Position numbers and translations under genes: made by a program. Shown here in pieces: positions 9,786 to 19,853 of a stretch of 64,000 bases of DNA. The notes below the pieces were generated by a model. It had not been told where the DNA came from. It searched no databases and saw only the letters and a list, made by a program, of their open reading frames with translations. The DNA comes from an uncultured Candidatus Saccharibacteria bacterium (GTDB lineage Bacteria; Patescibacteriota; Minisyncoccia; Phycocordibacterales; UBA12088): assembly GCA_964562615.1 (NCBI GenBank), contig CAZLUD010000001.1, positions 193,072 to 257,071 of the forward strand. Reading direction: 5' to 3'. Numbering within the stretch: position 1 is the first letter of the stretch; each line of letters begins with the position of its first letter.

Positions 9786-11045
9786 CTATGCACAATCGAG
9801 CGGCTTACTTCCTCGCGCAGTTTCCATTGAATGGTCAGGAAAAAAAGCATAAAAGGTACTTCCTTTGTTCTCTTCAGAAATAAACCAGGTCATGCCTCCG
9901 AGCTCATCGAGTATTTTTTTAACGATGTACAACCCAAGCCCAGTACCATCAACATCAAGCGTCCTAATGTTTTGTGCTCTGAACATCTTTTCATAGAGAC
10001 GAGACTTTTCTTGCACCGGCACGCCATACCCAGAATCAGTAACAGAAAGTAGTATGCCATTTGTTTTTATTGCATGGTCACCAACACATACTTCTCCTTC
10101 TTTCTTTTGCTCAAGACGAATCTCGATAACACTTGTGGGGTACGAATACTTAATGGCATTAGAAATAAAATTACTACACACTATCGATAACAAATTTTTG
10201 TCCGCGACTATATCATACTGTAGCTCGTCATCGATATGTGTTGTTACCGTCATACCCTTTTCCATAATAAGCGGCTGCATACTAACCACCACCTCATCCA
10301 CAAGAGCAGCAAGTGATAGTGTTACAGGTTCAATAGCAAAGGTACCAAGCTCAAGACGTGATACGTTTAACAGCGCATTAACAAGTGTCGTCATTTTTTG
10401 CGTGCTGTCATACGCCTCAGAGAGATACTTTTTTTGAGATGCTGAAATCTCTCCCGCATCACCCGCAAGGAGCATTTCAATGTACCAATTTGCAGTAGCG
10501 AGTGGTGTGCGTAATTGATGAGATGCAACAGAGACAAATTCTGTTTTTGCCGTATCTATTTGCTTTTCTTTTGTAATGTCTCTATCGATACCAACAAAAA
10601 ATTCGACATTGCCGTCATCATCATAAATCGGAGAAATGGTGGTGTGCGTTATGTACCGTTCTCCATTTTTTCTTTTGTTTTCGACTTCACCGATAAAACT
10701 ACGCTTTTGTGAAATAAGTCGTTCAAATACTCCTGCATAAAATACATGTGATGCTTCTGTCCCCCATAGCGATGTGTCTCCTGCCCGCCTTGAAAGCACC
10801 TCAACATTTGAAAATCCCGTTATCTCTTCAACCGCTCTATTGGCGTACGTTATCACTCCATGCGCATCAGTGATAATGATGTGGTCAGAGGCACTTTCAA
10901 CAGCGAGCTTAAATTTCTCTAAATCTTTAGCAATCTCAAGAGCCTTTTCCTTCTCAAGCTCCATATCATGGAGCACATTAGTAAGCGCACTGTATGAAGT
11001 AGCCAAATCTCTATGCTGTTTTTCTAGGCTATCGTCAGTGTGCAT
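9786..11045 (-). CDS. Cytoplasmic PAS-domain sensor histidine kinase
   Basis: PAS/PAC domain, H-box SHQLRTPL, N-box NFISNAIKYS, G-boxes DSGYG and GTGLGL; no TM segment from ATG 11045. Confidence 0.9.
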   Translation of the reverse strand: MHTDDSLEKQHRDLATSYSALTNVLHDMELEKEKALEIAKDLEKFKLAVESASDHIIITDAHGVITYANRAVEEITGFSNVEVLSRRAGDTSLWGTEASHVFYAGVFERLISQKRSFIGEVENKRKNGERYITHTTISPIYDDDGNVEFFVGIDRDITKEKQIDTAKTEFVSVASHQLRTPLATANWYIEMLLAGDAGEISASQKKYLSEAYDSTQKMTTLVNALLNVSRLELGTFAIEPVTLSLAALVDEVVVSMQPLIMEKGMTVTTHIDDELQYDIVADKNLLSIVCSNFISNAIKYSYPTSVIEIRLEQKKEGEVCVGDHAIKTNGILLSVTDSGYGVPVQEKSRLYEKMFRAQNIRTLDVDGTGLGLYIVKKILDELGGMTWFISEENKGSTFYAFFPDHSMETARGSKPLDCA

Positions 11046-11110
11046 GTAGTAGAGGGTAATAAGAGCACTGCAACAGTCGGAACGTATTCCGACTGCGTGC
11101 GCTACTCTCA

Positions 11111-11581
11111 TTAACGAGTAACCTGTATTGTCTCATCTAGTTCTGCCTTAGGCGCGATTACTCTCACACGGTTACCAGATGTTGTCGCGATAGAATATCC
11201 GGTGCCATTAGTAAGAGTTGCTCCTTGAGGATCAGTAGGTAGTAGCGTGAGGTACGTCTCACCATCGGTGAGGTCACCCAAAAATACTAGCCCTCCTGAC
11301 GAACAAGTAGTAGATGCTACGCCCGATGCGCATATCTCAATTGGTGAACCATTTGAGGTAAACGGCAACTGTCCGTTTTCGTCGATTGCATACTGATACA
11401 CCGCATTGAGAATTGTGTTTACATCAGCCTTTCTCTGCGCGTTGCGAGTTTCCGCAAGTTGCTTAGATGGGTTGATTGCCACAATCACAATTGATGCAAG
11501 TATACCGATTGCTGCCACTACGAGAAGAATTTCAAGTAGGGTGAAGCCTCGATTTGTTATACGAGTATGTGCTGATTGCAT
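11111..11581 (-). CDS. Type IV pilin
   Basis: Class III signal RGFTLLEILLVVAAIGILA; PTDP motif. Confidence 0.9.
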   Translation of the reverse strand: MQSAHTRITNRGFTLLEILLVVAAIGILASIVIVAINPSKQLAETRNAQRKADVNTILNAVYQYAIDENGQLPFTSNGSPIEICASGVASTTCSSGGLVFLGDLTDGETYLTLLPTDPQGATLTNGTGYSIATTSGNRVRVIAPKAELDETIQVTR

Positions 11582-11613
11582 AGTCCTCTGATGTTATCGG
11601 CTCACAATAAGGT

Positions 11614-12072
11614 CTATCGTCGTGCTTCGATTGTTTGACCTTGCTCTGCCTTTGGCGCATGTACCACCACACGACCACTTGAGGTGGTTGCAATAGAGTA
11701 ACCAGCACCACTAAGCACTACCCCACCTTGTGGATCAACAGGAACTGAAATGAGATATGTCTCTGCATCAGTAAGGGTACTTAGATCAACCAAACCTGAA
11801 CATGAGTTTGCCCCCGTTGCGCACACCTCGGTCAAAGTTCCAGTCGATGTGAAAGGAAGTCTACCCTCATTGTCAATCGCGTATTGGTATACGGCAGACA
11901 AGATGGTGTTAACGTCAGCGCGACGTTGCGCGTTGCGAGTTTCCGCAAGTTGCTTAGATGGATTAATAGCGACAATAACTATCGATGCAAGAATTCCGAT
12001 TGCTGCCACCACGAGAAGAATTTCAAGTAGGGTGAATCCGCGATTCTGCGTGCTTCGTGAAGAATTATTCAT
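11614..12072 (-). CDS. Type IV pilin (paralogue of 11111-11581)
   Basis: RGFTLLEILLVVAAIGILA; N-terminal half near-identical to the neighbour. Confidence 0.9.
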   Translation of the reverse strand: MNNSSRSTQNRGFTLLEILLVVAAIGILASIVIVAINPSKQLAETRNAQRRADVNTILSAVYQYAIDNEGRLPFTSTGTLTEVCATGANSCSGLVDLSTLTDAETYLISVPVDPQGGVVLSGAGYSIATTSSGRVVVHAPKAEQGQTIEARR

Positions 12073-12181
12073 GCTGAATATTTTTCTAATAATTGCTAAT
12101 AACCGGCTTATTATAGCGCCTTGTTGGTATAGACGCTAAAAAAACTGTGGATTACTTTTTATACAACCACGCACACTCTCT

Positions 12182-12553
12182 CTATTCTATGGTTATTGGG
12201 TTTGTTGAAATAAGCTTAATTTGAGCCGTTTTAACTATGTCGGACACGCTACTTGTCGCAAATAAATATGTACTCTCATTAATTGGTTTTACCATCACTA
12301 CACAATTACCGCCGCCAAATGCAAGAGTCTCCTCCCCGGTATAGGTTGCATGTTCTTTAATACGATACAAACCATGTTCAATACATGATTCGATAAGTTG
12401 TACTGCTTGCGCTTCATAATATGTATGCAGGCTCTGCCGTTCAGTATCTATACCTAACAATAGTATCGGGAGAGCAATCGCAACACCAATAGCACCAGCA
12501 ATCATTGTGGCAAACAACGTGATGTATCCTTGTTCATTCGTTCGAGTAGGCAT
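12182..12553 (-). CDS. Minor pilin, PilX-like
   Basis: QGYITLFATMI prepilin-like N-terminus lacking Glu5; AVQLIESCIEHGL. Confidence 0.65.
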   Translation of the reverse strand: MPTRTNEQGYITLFATMIAGAIGVAIALPILLLGIDTERQSLHTYYEAQAVQLIESCIEHGLYRIKEHATYTGEETLAFGGGNCVVMVKPINESTYLFATSSVSDIVKTAQIKLISTNPITIE

Positions 12554-12558
12554 AGTAG

Positions 12559-13053
12559 TTATTGGCGTAATGCTGCAGTGCTTTGTAGTGTGTATTCTGT
12601 TTGTGTTGTATTAGCAAACATAGCACCCTTACGAAACGTAGTGGTCACATTCACTAGCCCAAGTGATGATGACGTTGCAGTGAAGAGTGCCGAAAACTCA
12701 CGTACCACGGTCTCAGGAGAAGTAATGCGCTCAGGTGCTAACGCGCTCTCACTTCTCCATATACCTGACGAAACAAATTCGTATTGTACCGTAGTACCAT
12801 CTTTTTGCTCTAGCACTAGCGTGCTACTAGTACTTAATATAGGTGGATCTAGCACTCGCCACGCCTTTTGTATGTCCTGAGTAATGAGTCGTTGTACCCT
12901 ATCCGCATCTTGAAATAGTTGTGACGTTTCTCTGTGTCGTAATTCTGCACGCATCATGCCGTATATATATGAAGATACCGCTCCTAACACCACTGTCATG
13001 ATGGTGAGGTACAGCATTGTTTCTACTAACGTAAATCCGCGTTGTTTATTCAT
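12559..13053 (-). CDS. Minor pilin with prepilin N-terminal cleavage motif
   Basis: RGFTLVETMLYL. Confidence 0.85.
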   Translation of the reverse strand: MNKQRGFTLVETMLYLTIMTVVLGAVSSYIYGMMRAELRHRETSQLFQDADRVQRLITQDIQKAWRVLDPPILSTSSTLVLEQKDGTTVQYEFVSSGIWRSESALAPERITSPETVVREFSALFTATSSSLGLVNVTTTFRKGAMFANTTQTEYTLQSTAALRQ

Positions 13054-15844
13054 AGGTGATGTGTACTGATTCAACGATAGGGGTAGATGATGCCGTATCT
13101 GTCATAAGAAGCATCCGATACTGCAACAATGTATTTGGACCAATTGCGCGAAGCGCATTTGGTATGGCGGCAGACCCATCACCCACCGTATACGGACCAT
13201 ACCAAGGACTAAAAAGTTCTGGGCTGTGCGCTGGTGCATACCTCACCATAAGAGACACAGATGTTGAAGCAGTAGACATCTCTTCCCACGCAATACTACG
13301 AATAGAGACTGTTTCTTTATTAGTATGATACCATCGTGAAGTAAACCAACCCTCCTTTGCATATAGTGGCTCCAATTCTTTTGGTGCAAGAATAAGTAAT
13401 TCTGCAGTATTGTTTTCGCAAGCAACAAACACCATTTGGTGGTATGTGGTAACCCCATTGCAATCACCTGCAGTGTTGTATGTTGATGCGATGGTCGGAT
13501 TTGTTGAAGACGCCACCGTAAGAGCAACAAATCCCGCAGCGTTGTTATTAGTAGCTACAAATACCGTAGGAAATAGTACGCTAATTCCTGTCACATCCTC
13601 TCCTATATTATATGTTCCCTTATAGCGTGGTGCCGTTATGGTAGAGATATCTACTATATGCATATCGCCTTCAGATGATGCATGATTAGTGCCAACATAT
13701 GCAGCGGTGTCAGTAACAGCAACTGAAGTAGCAGATAATGTCCCCGGTATATCCACCAATGCGGTTACCGTAGGTACTGCATGATTGGTTGCATCGAGCA
13801 CCGTCAATTCACTTGTATTGTGATCAGTTGCCAAAAAGAGAGTGGTATTTTGCACATCAATACCAAGCACATCCTCATTTACCTCATACCCCCCTATCTG
13901 CGTAAATGTGACAAAAGAAGGATTGGTGGTATTTGGAACAAGAGTATGGAGCTCATAGTTAAGTCCCGAAGAAGTGTTTTGTATTGTACCGACAAATAAT
14001 GTGGTGCCTACCACTCCTATTGCTCGTGCGTCTGAACCTGAATCAAGATTATAGTAACCAACTTTAATTATGTTGGTAGGATCCTTTACATATAAAACCA
14101 TTATCTCTTCTGAGTTATGTGATGTAGCAAGATATGCAAAATCTCCCACCACCACAACATCAAAGACACTTGCAGAAAGATTGAGTCCATCTAAATAAAG
14201 AGGGGTTGTTGGATCACTCACTTCATATACTGCTATATCCATACTTGCACCGGCATCAGTTCTGGTGACATAGGCAAGCGAGTCAACAACCTCAACATGC
14301 ACTGCGTTATCTGCGCTAACAATATCTTCCTTTGCTACTATGACCGGCTCTGCCCAACCACCTCGGCCAGCAGAAACAACACTCAATACTCCCTGCGCGC
14401 CGCCCGTTATCAAAAAACGTCCCGTCTTTATCATGGCATAGGGACTATAGGCATTCTCTACATCGATACTATCGGTACGGTAATCTGCCAAGGATACTAC
14501 CCTCACCTCGGCACCATATGATGATTCTTGCGCAATAAATAATCGCTCGTGCACATCATCATACGATAGTGACGTGATATTGGATGTGCCGTAATCAGTG
14601 TTTAGCAATTCTTCAACGTCGCTTGTTGGAGTGATTGGATGCTCAAATGAAAGCCCTATAACTCTATTAGTATCCATACCGATAAATACTTGATTCGTGT
14701 GTACACTAATCGCTCTTGCGTTTGGATTGTTTGCGTCACTGGGATTATACGTACGTACCACCTCACAGACCAACTCTGGACATTTTTTATAATCAACTAT
14801 CCATAGTTCGCTCTCATTATCTGTCGCAAGGTACGCGTACTCATCGGTAAGGGCTATTGCGCGAACCGCGTCACCAACCTCAACTGTGCCAAGTAATTCA
14901 CCTGTTTCTAAGTATACAAAAAATTCGCTCTCTACTTGTGTGGGCTTTCCTACCGCTACATACCCATCATGTTGGGCAATTGCTAGCGCACCCGCAGAGC
15001 CGGGTACATCAACGGGAGTAGTACTTGCGGTAGCTCGGTCAAACAACAGCATGTCTGCGTTTTGTGTATTAGTAGCGATAAATACGGTACTAGTTGCAAC
15101 AGCAAGCGAGCGAATACTATGTCCAATGTCATACTCGGCTATTGGGGTAAGTATCCCTTCTGATAGTGCCGCAATATCAAGAAGCGCAAGCTCTGGCGAG
15201 GTGACGCTCTCATCTCGTCCCACATAAAGATATGTTGCATCTGCCCCAAGAGCGCGTAATGATGCGCTACCAGGCAAGTCATGAGTATGAAAGGTAAAGC
15301 CCGTTTTCCAATCCCCTTCTTTTTCAAGAGAAATACTACCGTGTGATTCATCTACATATATAGAGTGTCTCTTACCCAAAGAAAACTCAGCGACAGTGGT
15401 ATCAATAAACGCAAGCATCCCGGATTGTACCCAATTGTAAAAGTAGGTAATAAGAGAAATCATTCGGGTGGCATATCCTCTCTCTTGCCAAGATACCGTG
15501 GCAGTAACTTGCTTGGTGTGCTCATCGTGTGATGCTATTTCAAGCGTACGGGTAAGTTGCTCGTGTACATCGGGAGGGCTATGCAATACATAGCCATCCG
15601 CCTCTACGGTTATACCGTAGGTGCCATCGACAAGATGAGAGAAGCCAGCTTCTCGTATATCGCGCGCAACCTCGATTGCCTGCGTGGCGAGCGCGGTTGC
15701 AGAGAGTCTATGCAATGAATCAGATGTGCTTTCTTCAGAGTACAGCAAGACCCCCGCAAAGACCGTGCTATATATAGCAAGAAGTGCCCCACTCAGTAGT
15801 ACCTCAACAATTGAAAATCCTCTTTCAGAATTACTCATACTCAT
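13046..15844 (-). CDS. Large pilin-like adhesin with LVIVD-type beta-propeller repeats
   Basis: RGFSIVEVLL N-terminus plus many YAYLAT...EL.I.D...P repeats over 932 aa. Confidence 0.8.
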   Translation of the reverse strand: MSMSNSERGFSIVEVLLSGALLAIYSTVFAGVLLYSEESTSDSLHRLSATALATQAIEVARDIREAGFSHLVDGTYGITVEADGYVLHSPPDVHEQLTRTLEIASHDEHTKQVTATVSWQERGYATRMISLITYFYNWVQSGMLAFIDTTVAEFSLGKRHSIYVDESHGSISLEKEGDWKTGFTFHTHDLPGSASLRALGADATYLYVGRDESVTSPELALLDIAALSEGILTPIAEYDIGHSIRSLAVATSTVFIATNTQNADMLLFDRATASTTPVDVPGSAGALAIAQHDGYVAVGKPTQVESEFFVYLETGELLGTVEVGDAVRAIALTDEYAYLATDNESELWIVDYKKCPELVCEVVRTYNPSDANNPNARAISVHTNQVFIGMDTNRVIGLSFEHPITPTSDVEELLNTDYGTSNITSLSYDDVHERLFIAQESSYGAEVRVVSLADYRTDSIDVENAYSPYAMIKTGRFLITGGAQGVLSVVSAGRGGWAEPVIVAKEDIVSADNAVHVEVVDSLAYVTRTDAGASMDIAVYEVSDPTTPLYLDGLNLSASVFDVVVVGDFAYLATSHNSEEIMVLYVKDPTNIIKVGYYNLDSGSDARAIGVVGTTLFVGTIQNTSSGLNYELHTLVPNTTNPSFVTFTQIGGYEVNEDVLGIDVQNTTLFLATDHNTSELTVLDATNHAVPTVTALVDIPGTLSATSVAVTDTAAYVGTNHASSEGDMHIVDISTITAPRYKGTYNIGEDVTGISVLFPTVFVATNNNAAGFVALTVASSTNPTIASTYNTAGDCNGVTTYHQMVFVACENNTAELLILAPKELEPLYAKEGWFTSRWYHTNKETVSIRSIAWEEMSTASTSVSLMVRYAPAHSPELFSPWYGPYTVGDGSAAIPNALRAIGPNTLLQYRMLLMTDTASSTPIVESVHITYE

Positions 15845-16307
15845 TATGTGCCTCAGTCACCCCATAACGATTTATTACAATAGTTCGTGAACCAAGTGAG
15901 GGCGGTACCAAGGTAATGGATGTAGGGGCAAACTCACGCATACGCGCAGACGAAAATTGAACCTCCCGCGCACCAGTGAGTCCGTATCGAGAACTAAATG
16001 AAATAACCTCATCAGCATGAGGGATTCTCTGTGCGTATGACGGCCCCGCATAGAGGGTAGTACTTGTTGCAGCAACATATACCCCCCACTCCCCCTCTCG
16101 TTTGTTTGAATACGCATATGCACTTGCCCGAGAAATCTGCTCGCGTATTGCTCCCTCCGCAACCTTACTATCTACCCGCTCAAGATACGAAAGATAGACT
16201 GGAGCCATGATTGAAATCATAAGCGCAAAAATACTTACTGAAAGCAGTAATTCTAGGACGGTAAATCCTTTTTGTCTTACGGGTGTTTTACCAGTATGCA
16301 TAGCCAA
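15831..16307 (-). CDS. Minor pilin (FimT/GspH-like)
   Basis: KGFTVLELLLSV; C-terminal TIVINRYG. Confidence 0.8.
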   Translation of the reverse strand: MAMHTGKTPVRQKGFTVLELLLSVSIFALMISIMAPVYLSYLERVDSKVAEGAIREQISRASAYAYSNKREGEWGVYVAATSTTLYAGPSYAQRIPHADEVISFSSRYGLTGAREVQFSSARMREFAPTSITLVPPSLGSRTIVINRYGVTEAHNEYE

Positions 16308-16313
16308 ATGTAA

Positions 16314-17660
16314 TTACAGCTCTCCCTCTCCGGTGCTTGATTCACGTATATCACTTCTTTTTATCCATCCTTCAACTCCAGGTTTAACTATCACCCGTAT
16401 CCAGCTAGGAGTTACCTCGACGACATCGTATCCCACACTCATCTGCGCTCGTTGCATCACCTCTGTTTGCTCATCAGCAACTGCATATACCGGCACATCG
16501 TCAAACAATGTGTAGGCGATATCGCCAATAGGATTACCCTCCGTTACTGGTGCATTTGTCTTTGCTCCCATGTTAAGCCCACTCGTAAGATTGTATACCG
16601 GCAATATCACCGCAAACGCCACCGCAACAACTCCCGCCCATATGATAATAAGAAGTACCGGCTCAATGATGACAGAAAGATTTTTTGTCGCGATATCCGT
16701 ACGCTCTTCATACACCCTTCCTATGTGCATAAAGGTATCTGACAAGGTGCCTGAATTTTCTCCTGCGATAATGAGTTGCCCCACACTAGAAGGAATCAAT
16801 CGTTCGTACGAAGGGTACTCATCAAAAGCAAGCCGAAAGGTGTATCCGTTTTCAATTTGTGTTTCAAGATACGAATAAAATTCTTTATATGAAATAAACG
16901 TTGTCGCATCTTTAAGCGCGCGGATTGCTTCAACGAGCGTAAGACCGCTTGCAAGGAGGGTACCCATGATAAATCCGAGCCGTGACACCTCTATTTGTCG
17001 TACTATATTTTTAATGACCGGCAATCGCTGCATTATCATTTGCCCGATAAAACGAGTCTTTGAATACACAAACACAAAAAACATCGTGAGCGCGATAGTG
17101 ACAATAAATAACGGTACTGCGATTGTTCCGTACTTACTCAAAAATGTTCCAAAATCAATAAGTACCCTCGTAAGAAACGGGAGATCAAGTTGTAGTTGTT
17201 CAAACACAGTAGCGAGTCGTGGCAGAATAAGCCACGATATGCCAATGCCAATAACTAGTGTCACCCCAAGCACAAAGACTGGGTACATCATCGCGCTCTT
17301 TAACTTTGATTTAAACATTCTGTTCTTGCTTTGCGTGGTGACGACAAATTTAAGGTTATGACTTAATCGTCCATTCTCTTCACCTATTTTGACTATCGCA
17401 ACGACATACTCAGGAAATAACCCAGTACGAACTAACGCTTTCCAAAACGGAACGCCATTTTCGATATCTTCTCGTAGTCCAACAATAATTCGCTGCATGG
17501 TGCTACTCTTCATTTCTTTTTGCACCGCATCAACAGCTTGAATTACCCCCAACCCTGACGCGGTAAGGACCGAAAGGTTTTCAATAAAATAATCACGCTC
17601 CTCGCGTATACCAAGAGTTTCAAAAGGAAGCCGTTTGTGTGAGTATTCTGTATTATTCAT
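16314..17660 (-). CDS. pilC: PilC/GspF platform protein with extra C-terminal SH3-like domain
   Basis: Two T2SSF repeats (GEENGRL, AMMYP, GENSGTL, IEP), then an extension VPVYA...WIRVIVKPGVEGWIKRSDI. Confidence 0.85.
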   Translation of the reverse strand: MNNTEYSHKRLPFETLGIREERDYFIENLSVLTASGLGVIQAVDAVQKEMKSSTMQRIIVGLREDIENGVPFWKALVRTGLFPEYVVAIVKIGEENGRLSHNLKFVVTTQSKNRMFKSKLKSAMMYPVFVLGVTLVIGIGISWLILPRLATVFEQLQLDLPFLTRVLIDFGTFLSKYGTIAVPLFIVTIALTMFFVFVYSKTRFIGQMIMQRLPVIKNIVRQIEVSRLGFIMGTLLASGLTLVEAIRALKDATTFISYKEFYSYLETQIENGYTFRLAFDEYPSYERLIPSSVGQLIIAGENSGTLSDTFMHIGRVYEERTDIATKNLSVIIEPVLLIIIWAGVVAVAFAVILPVYNLTSGLNMGAKTNAPVTEGNPIGDIAYTLFDDVPVYAVADEQTEVMQRAQMSVGYDVVEVTPSWIRVIVKPGVEGWIKRSDIRESSTGEGEL

Positions 17661-17663
17661 GAA

Positions 17664-19346
17664 TTATTCTGCGCGTGACGGTGGCACTACACGCACAAGC
17701 TCAGCTATGGTGGTTTCTCCATGAAGAACTTTTTCCATGCCATTTTCAAACATGGATTGCGTACCTAAGGTACGTGCAAGTGTCCACACCTCATGCGCAT
17801 TAGGTGATGCGACAATACACTCCTGCATCTCTTTTCCTACAGGGATAAGCTCAAACACTCCCGTTCTTCCTGAGAATCCGCTATGGTTACATGCCTCGCA
17901 TCCTTTACCCTCATACGCAACCAAACTTTTTCCTTGTATCATGTTCGCTGCTTGTGGTGAAAGATTGGACACCTCTTCTTTGCTTATTTCTTTACTATAT
18001 TTACACTGCTCGCATATCCTTCTCACAAGCCGCTGCCCGATAACCAGCTCAAGGGTGGACGAAAGTAGAAATGACTCGATACCCATATCAAGAAGACGAG
18101 GTATTGCGGTAGCGGCATCATTTGCGTGAAAGGTAGAAAATAGCAAGTGCCCAGTAAGTGCGGCGTTAACCGCAATTTCTGCTGTCTCCTTATCACGGAT
18201 CTCGCCCACCAAAATAATATCCGGGTCTTGTCTCACAATCGACCGAAGTCCTTCAGCAAATGAGAGGTTGGTCTGATTATTTACCGACATATGATTAACT
18301 CCCTCTATTTTGTATTCAACCGGATCCTCAATGGTTGCAATGTTTATTTCTGGATTATTTAAAATCTTTATGAGTGAGTACAACGTGGTTGTCTTTCCTG
18401 AACCCGTAGGACCAGTTACCAAAATCATGCCGAATGGCTTTTTTGCGGCAGCAAGAAGAATTGTTTGGTGTGCATCAGATAGCCCAATATCACCAAGAGT
18501 AAAGTTACGAATATATGACGAAAGCACTCTAATTACCACTTTTTCTCCATCGATGAGTGGCAATATTGAGACGCGCAAATCCACCGATATGGTTGGTGTT
18601 CTAAATCGTATAGCTCCATCTTGCGCGGCACGATGTTCATCAGTTCGTAACCGTCCAAGTACTTTTATTCTGTTTAACACCGTCTCATACAAATCTTTAG
18701 GCAACCTTCCCGCTTCCTTTAATATGCCATCAATACGAAAACGAATGATCACCTCACCCTCTCGCGGTTCAAAGTGAATATCCGATGCTCTAAATACGAG
18801 CGCCTCTTCAACTATCTCTTCAATAAGCGTAGGGGCGATGCGTCTGTCTTTGGTTTCTATGATACTTGCAAATCGGGTCGAGAGCGCCTTTCTGTATTCA
18901 ATCAATATTGCGTCTATATCAATAGGAAGCGAAAATGCGAGTACTATTTTTTTCTGGGGAAAAAGCTCCTTTAGTGCACCTAGAAGTCCTCGGGCTTTTG
19001 GACTGTCTGTAGCAACCACATACTCGGTATCTCTTTTTTCAAAGAGTACTACCCTATACTTAACGGCAATCTCTTCTGGAATTTCTACAATCTGATCATG
19101 TGGTGGCTTGTGTGAGTTAAGGTCTGCATACACCACAGAAAAGTGCTCTGAAATCGCTTGACCGAGTAAGTCATTTGTAATGAGGTTCTCCTTATAAAGA
19201 TACTCAAGCGCGTGGGTATCCTCTTTTTCTGCAAAATCAAGTGCTTTCTGCTTATCTTCTAGAGCGATATAGTTTCCAGAAACTAAAATCGAAAGCATTT
19301 TTTCATCAGCAACATGTGTTGCCTTTCCAGACTTTTGTAGTGCCAT
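17664..19346 (-). CDS. pilB: GspE/PilB assembly ATPase
   Basis: ASDIHFEP, Walker A GPTGSGKTT, TIEDPVEY, RQDPDIILVGEIRD and CxxC...CxxC. Confidence 0.92.
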   Translation of the reverse strand: MALQKSGKATHVADEKMLSILVSGNYIALEDKQKALDFAEKEDTHALEYLYKENLITNDLLGQAISEHFSVVYADLNSHKPPHDQIVEIPEEIAVKYRVVLFEKRDTEYVVATDSPKARGLLGALKELFPQKKIVLAFSLPIDIDAILIEYRKALSTRFASIIETKDRRIAPTLIEEIVEEALVFRASDIHFEPREGEVIIRFRIDGILKEAGRLPKDLYETVLNRIKVLGRLRTDEHRAAQDGAIRFRTPTISVDLRVSILPLIDGEKVVIRVLSSYIRNFTLGDIGLSDAHQTILLAAAKKPFGMILVTGPTGSGKTTTLYSLIKILNNPEINIATIEDPVEYKIEGVNHMSVNNQTNLSFAEGLRSIVRQDPDIILVGEIRDKETAEIAVNAALTGHLLFSTFHANDAATAIPRLLDMGIESFLLSSTLELVIGQRLVRRICEQCKYSKEISKEEVSNLSPQAANMIQGKSLVAYEGKGCEACNHSGFSGRTGVFELIPVGKEMQECIVASPNAHEVWTLARTLGTQSMFENGMEKVLHGETTIAELVRVVPPSRAE

Positions 19347-19376
19347 ACGGACAAACGGTTAACGTAGCGCCTCTCA

Positions 19377-19793
19377 CTATCGTGTAAGTATTGCTCTCTT
19401 AGTGTGTATTCTGCTAATTTCTGCCTTTTGGTGTGGGATATAGGTTTGTACTAATTCCACAATTTTATGAAGTGGCGTGTTTGATTTAATAAAATAGTCA
19501 CTTGCACCAAGCTCTCGAACTCGTGCGATATCTTCTCGCTGGCTTAAATTGCTACAGACAAGAATACGCACTCCCTTTTTTCCTAACACCTTAAGTACAG
19601 AGAACCCGTCCATGACCGGCATAACCAAATCGAGAATCACCACATCAAATTCGCTTGCTTCAAATGCCTCGATTCCTTGTTTGCCATTATGCGCAACCAC
19701 CACCTCATACCCCTCCCTCGTTAGCTTAAGCTCTAATGCGCGCGCCATAGGGCGCTCGTCATCCACTACCAAAATGCGGTAACTGTAAGCCAT
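19377..19793 (-). CDS. Single-domain response regulator
   Basis: ILVVDDE...LDLVMPVMDG...YFIKS receiver domain. Confidence 0.9.
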   Translation of the reverse strand: MAYSYRILVVDDERPMARALELKLTREGYEVVVAHNGKQGIEAFEASEFDVVILDLVMPVMDGFSVLKVLGKKGVRILVCSNLSQREDIARVRELGASDYFIKSNTPLHKIVELVQTYIPHQKAEISRIHTKRAILTR

Positions 19794-19853
19794 AGGGATA
19801 TATATAGTATACCTCTACTATAGGTAGCGTGCTTGCTAATCTGGGGAGAAGTC

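Noticed and set aside
11111-12072. Tandem pilins sharing a 35-bp identical stretch (11436-11470 and 11927-11961) as an antigenic-variation cassette system; similar for 59431-60426
   Set aside because: Both copies are full genes with many synonymous differences elsewhere, and there are no silent cassettes or recombinase. Duplication with purifying selection is sufficient.
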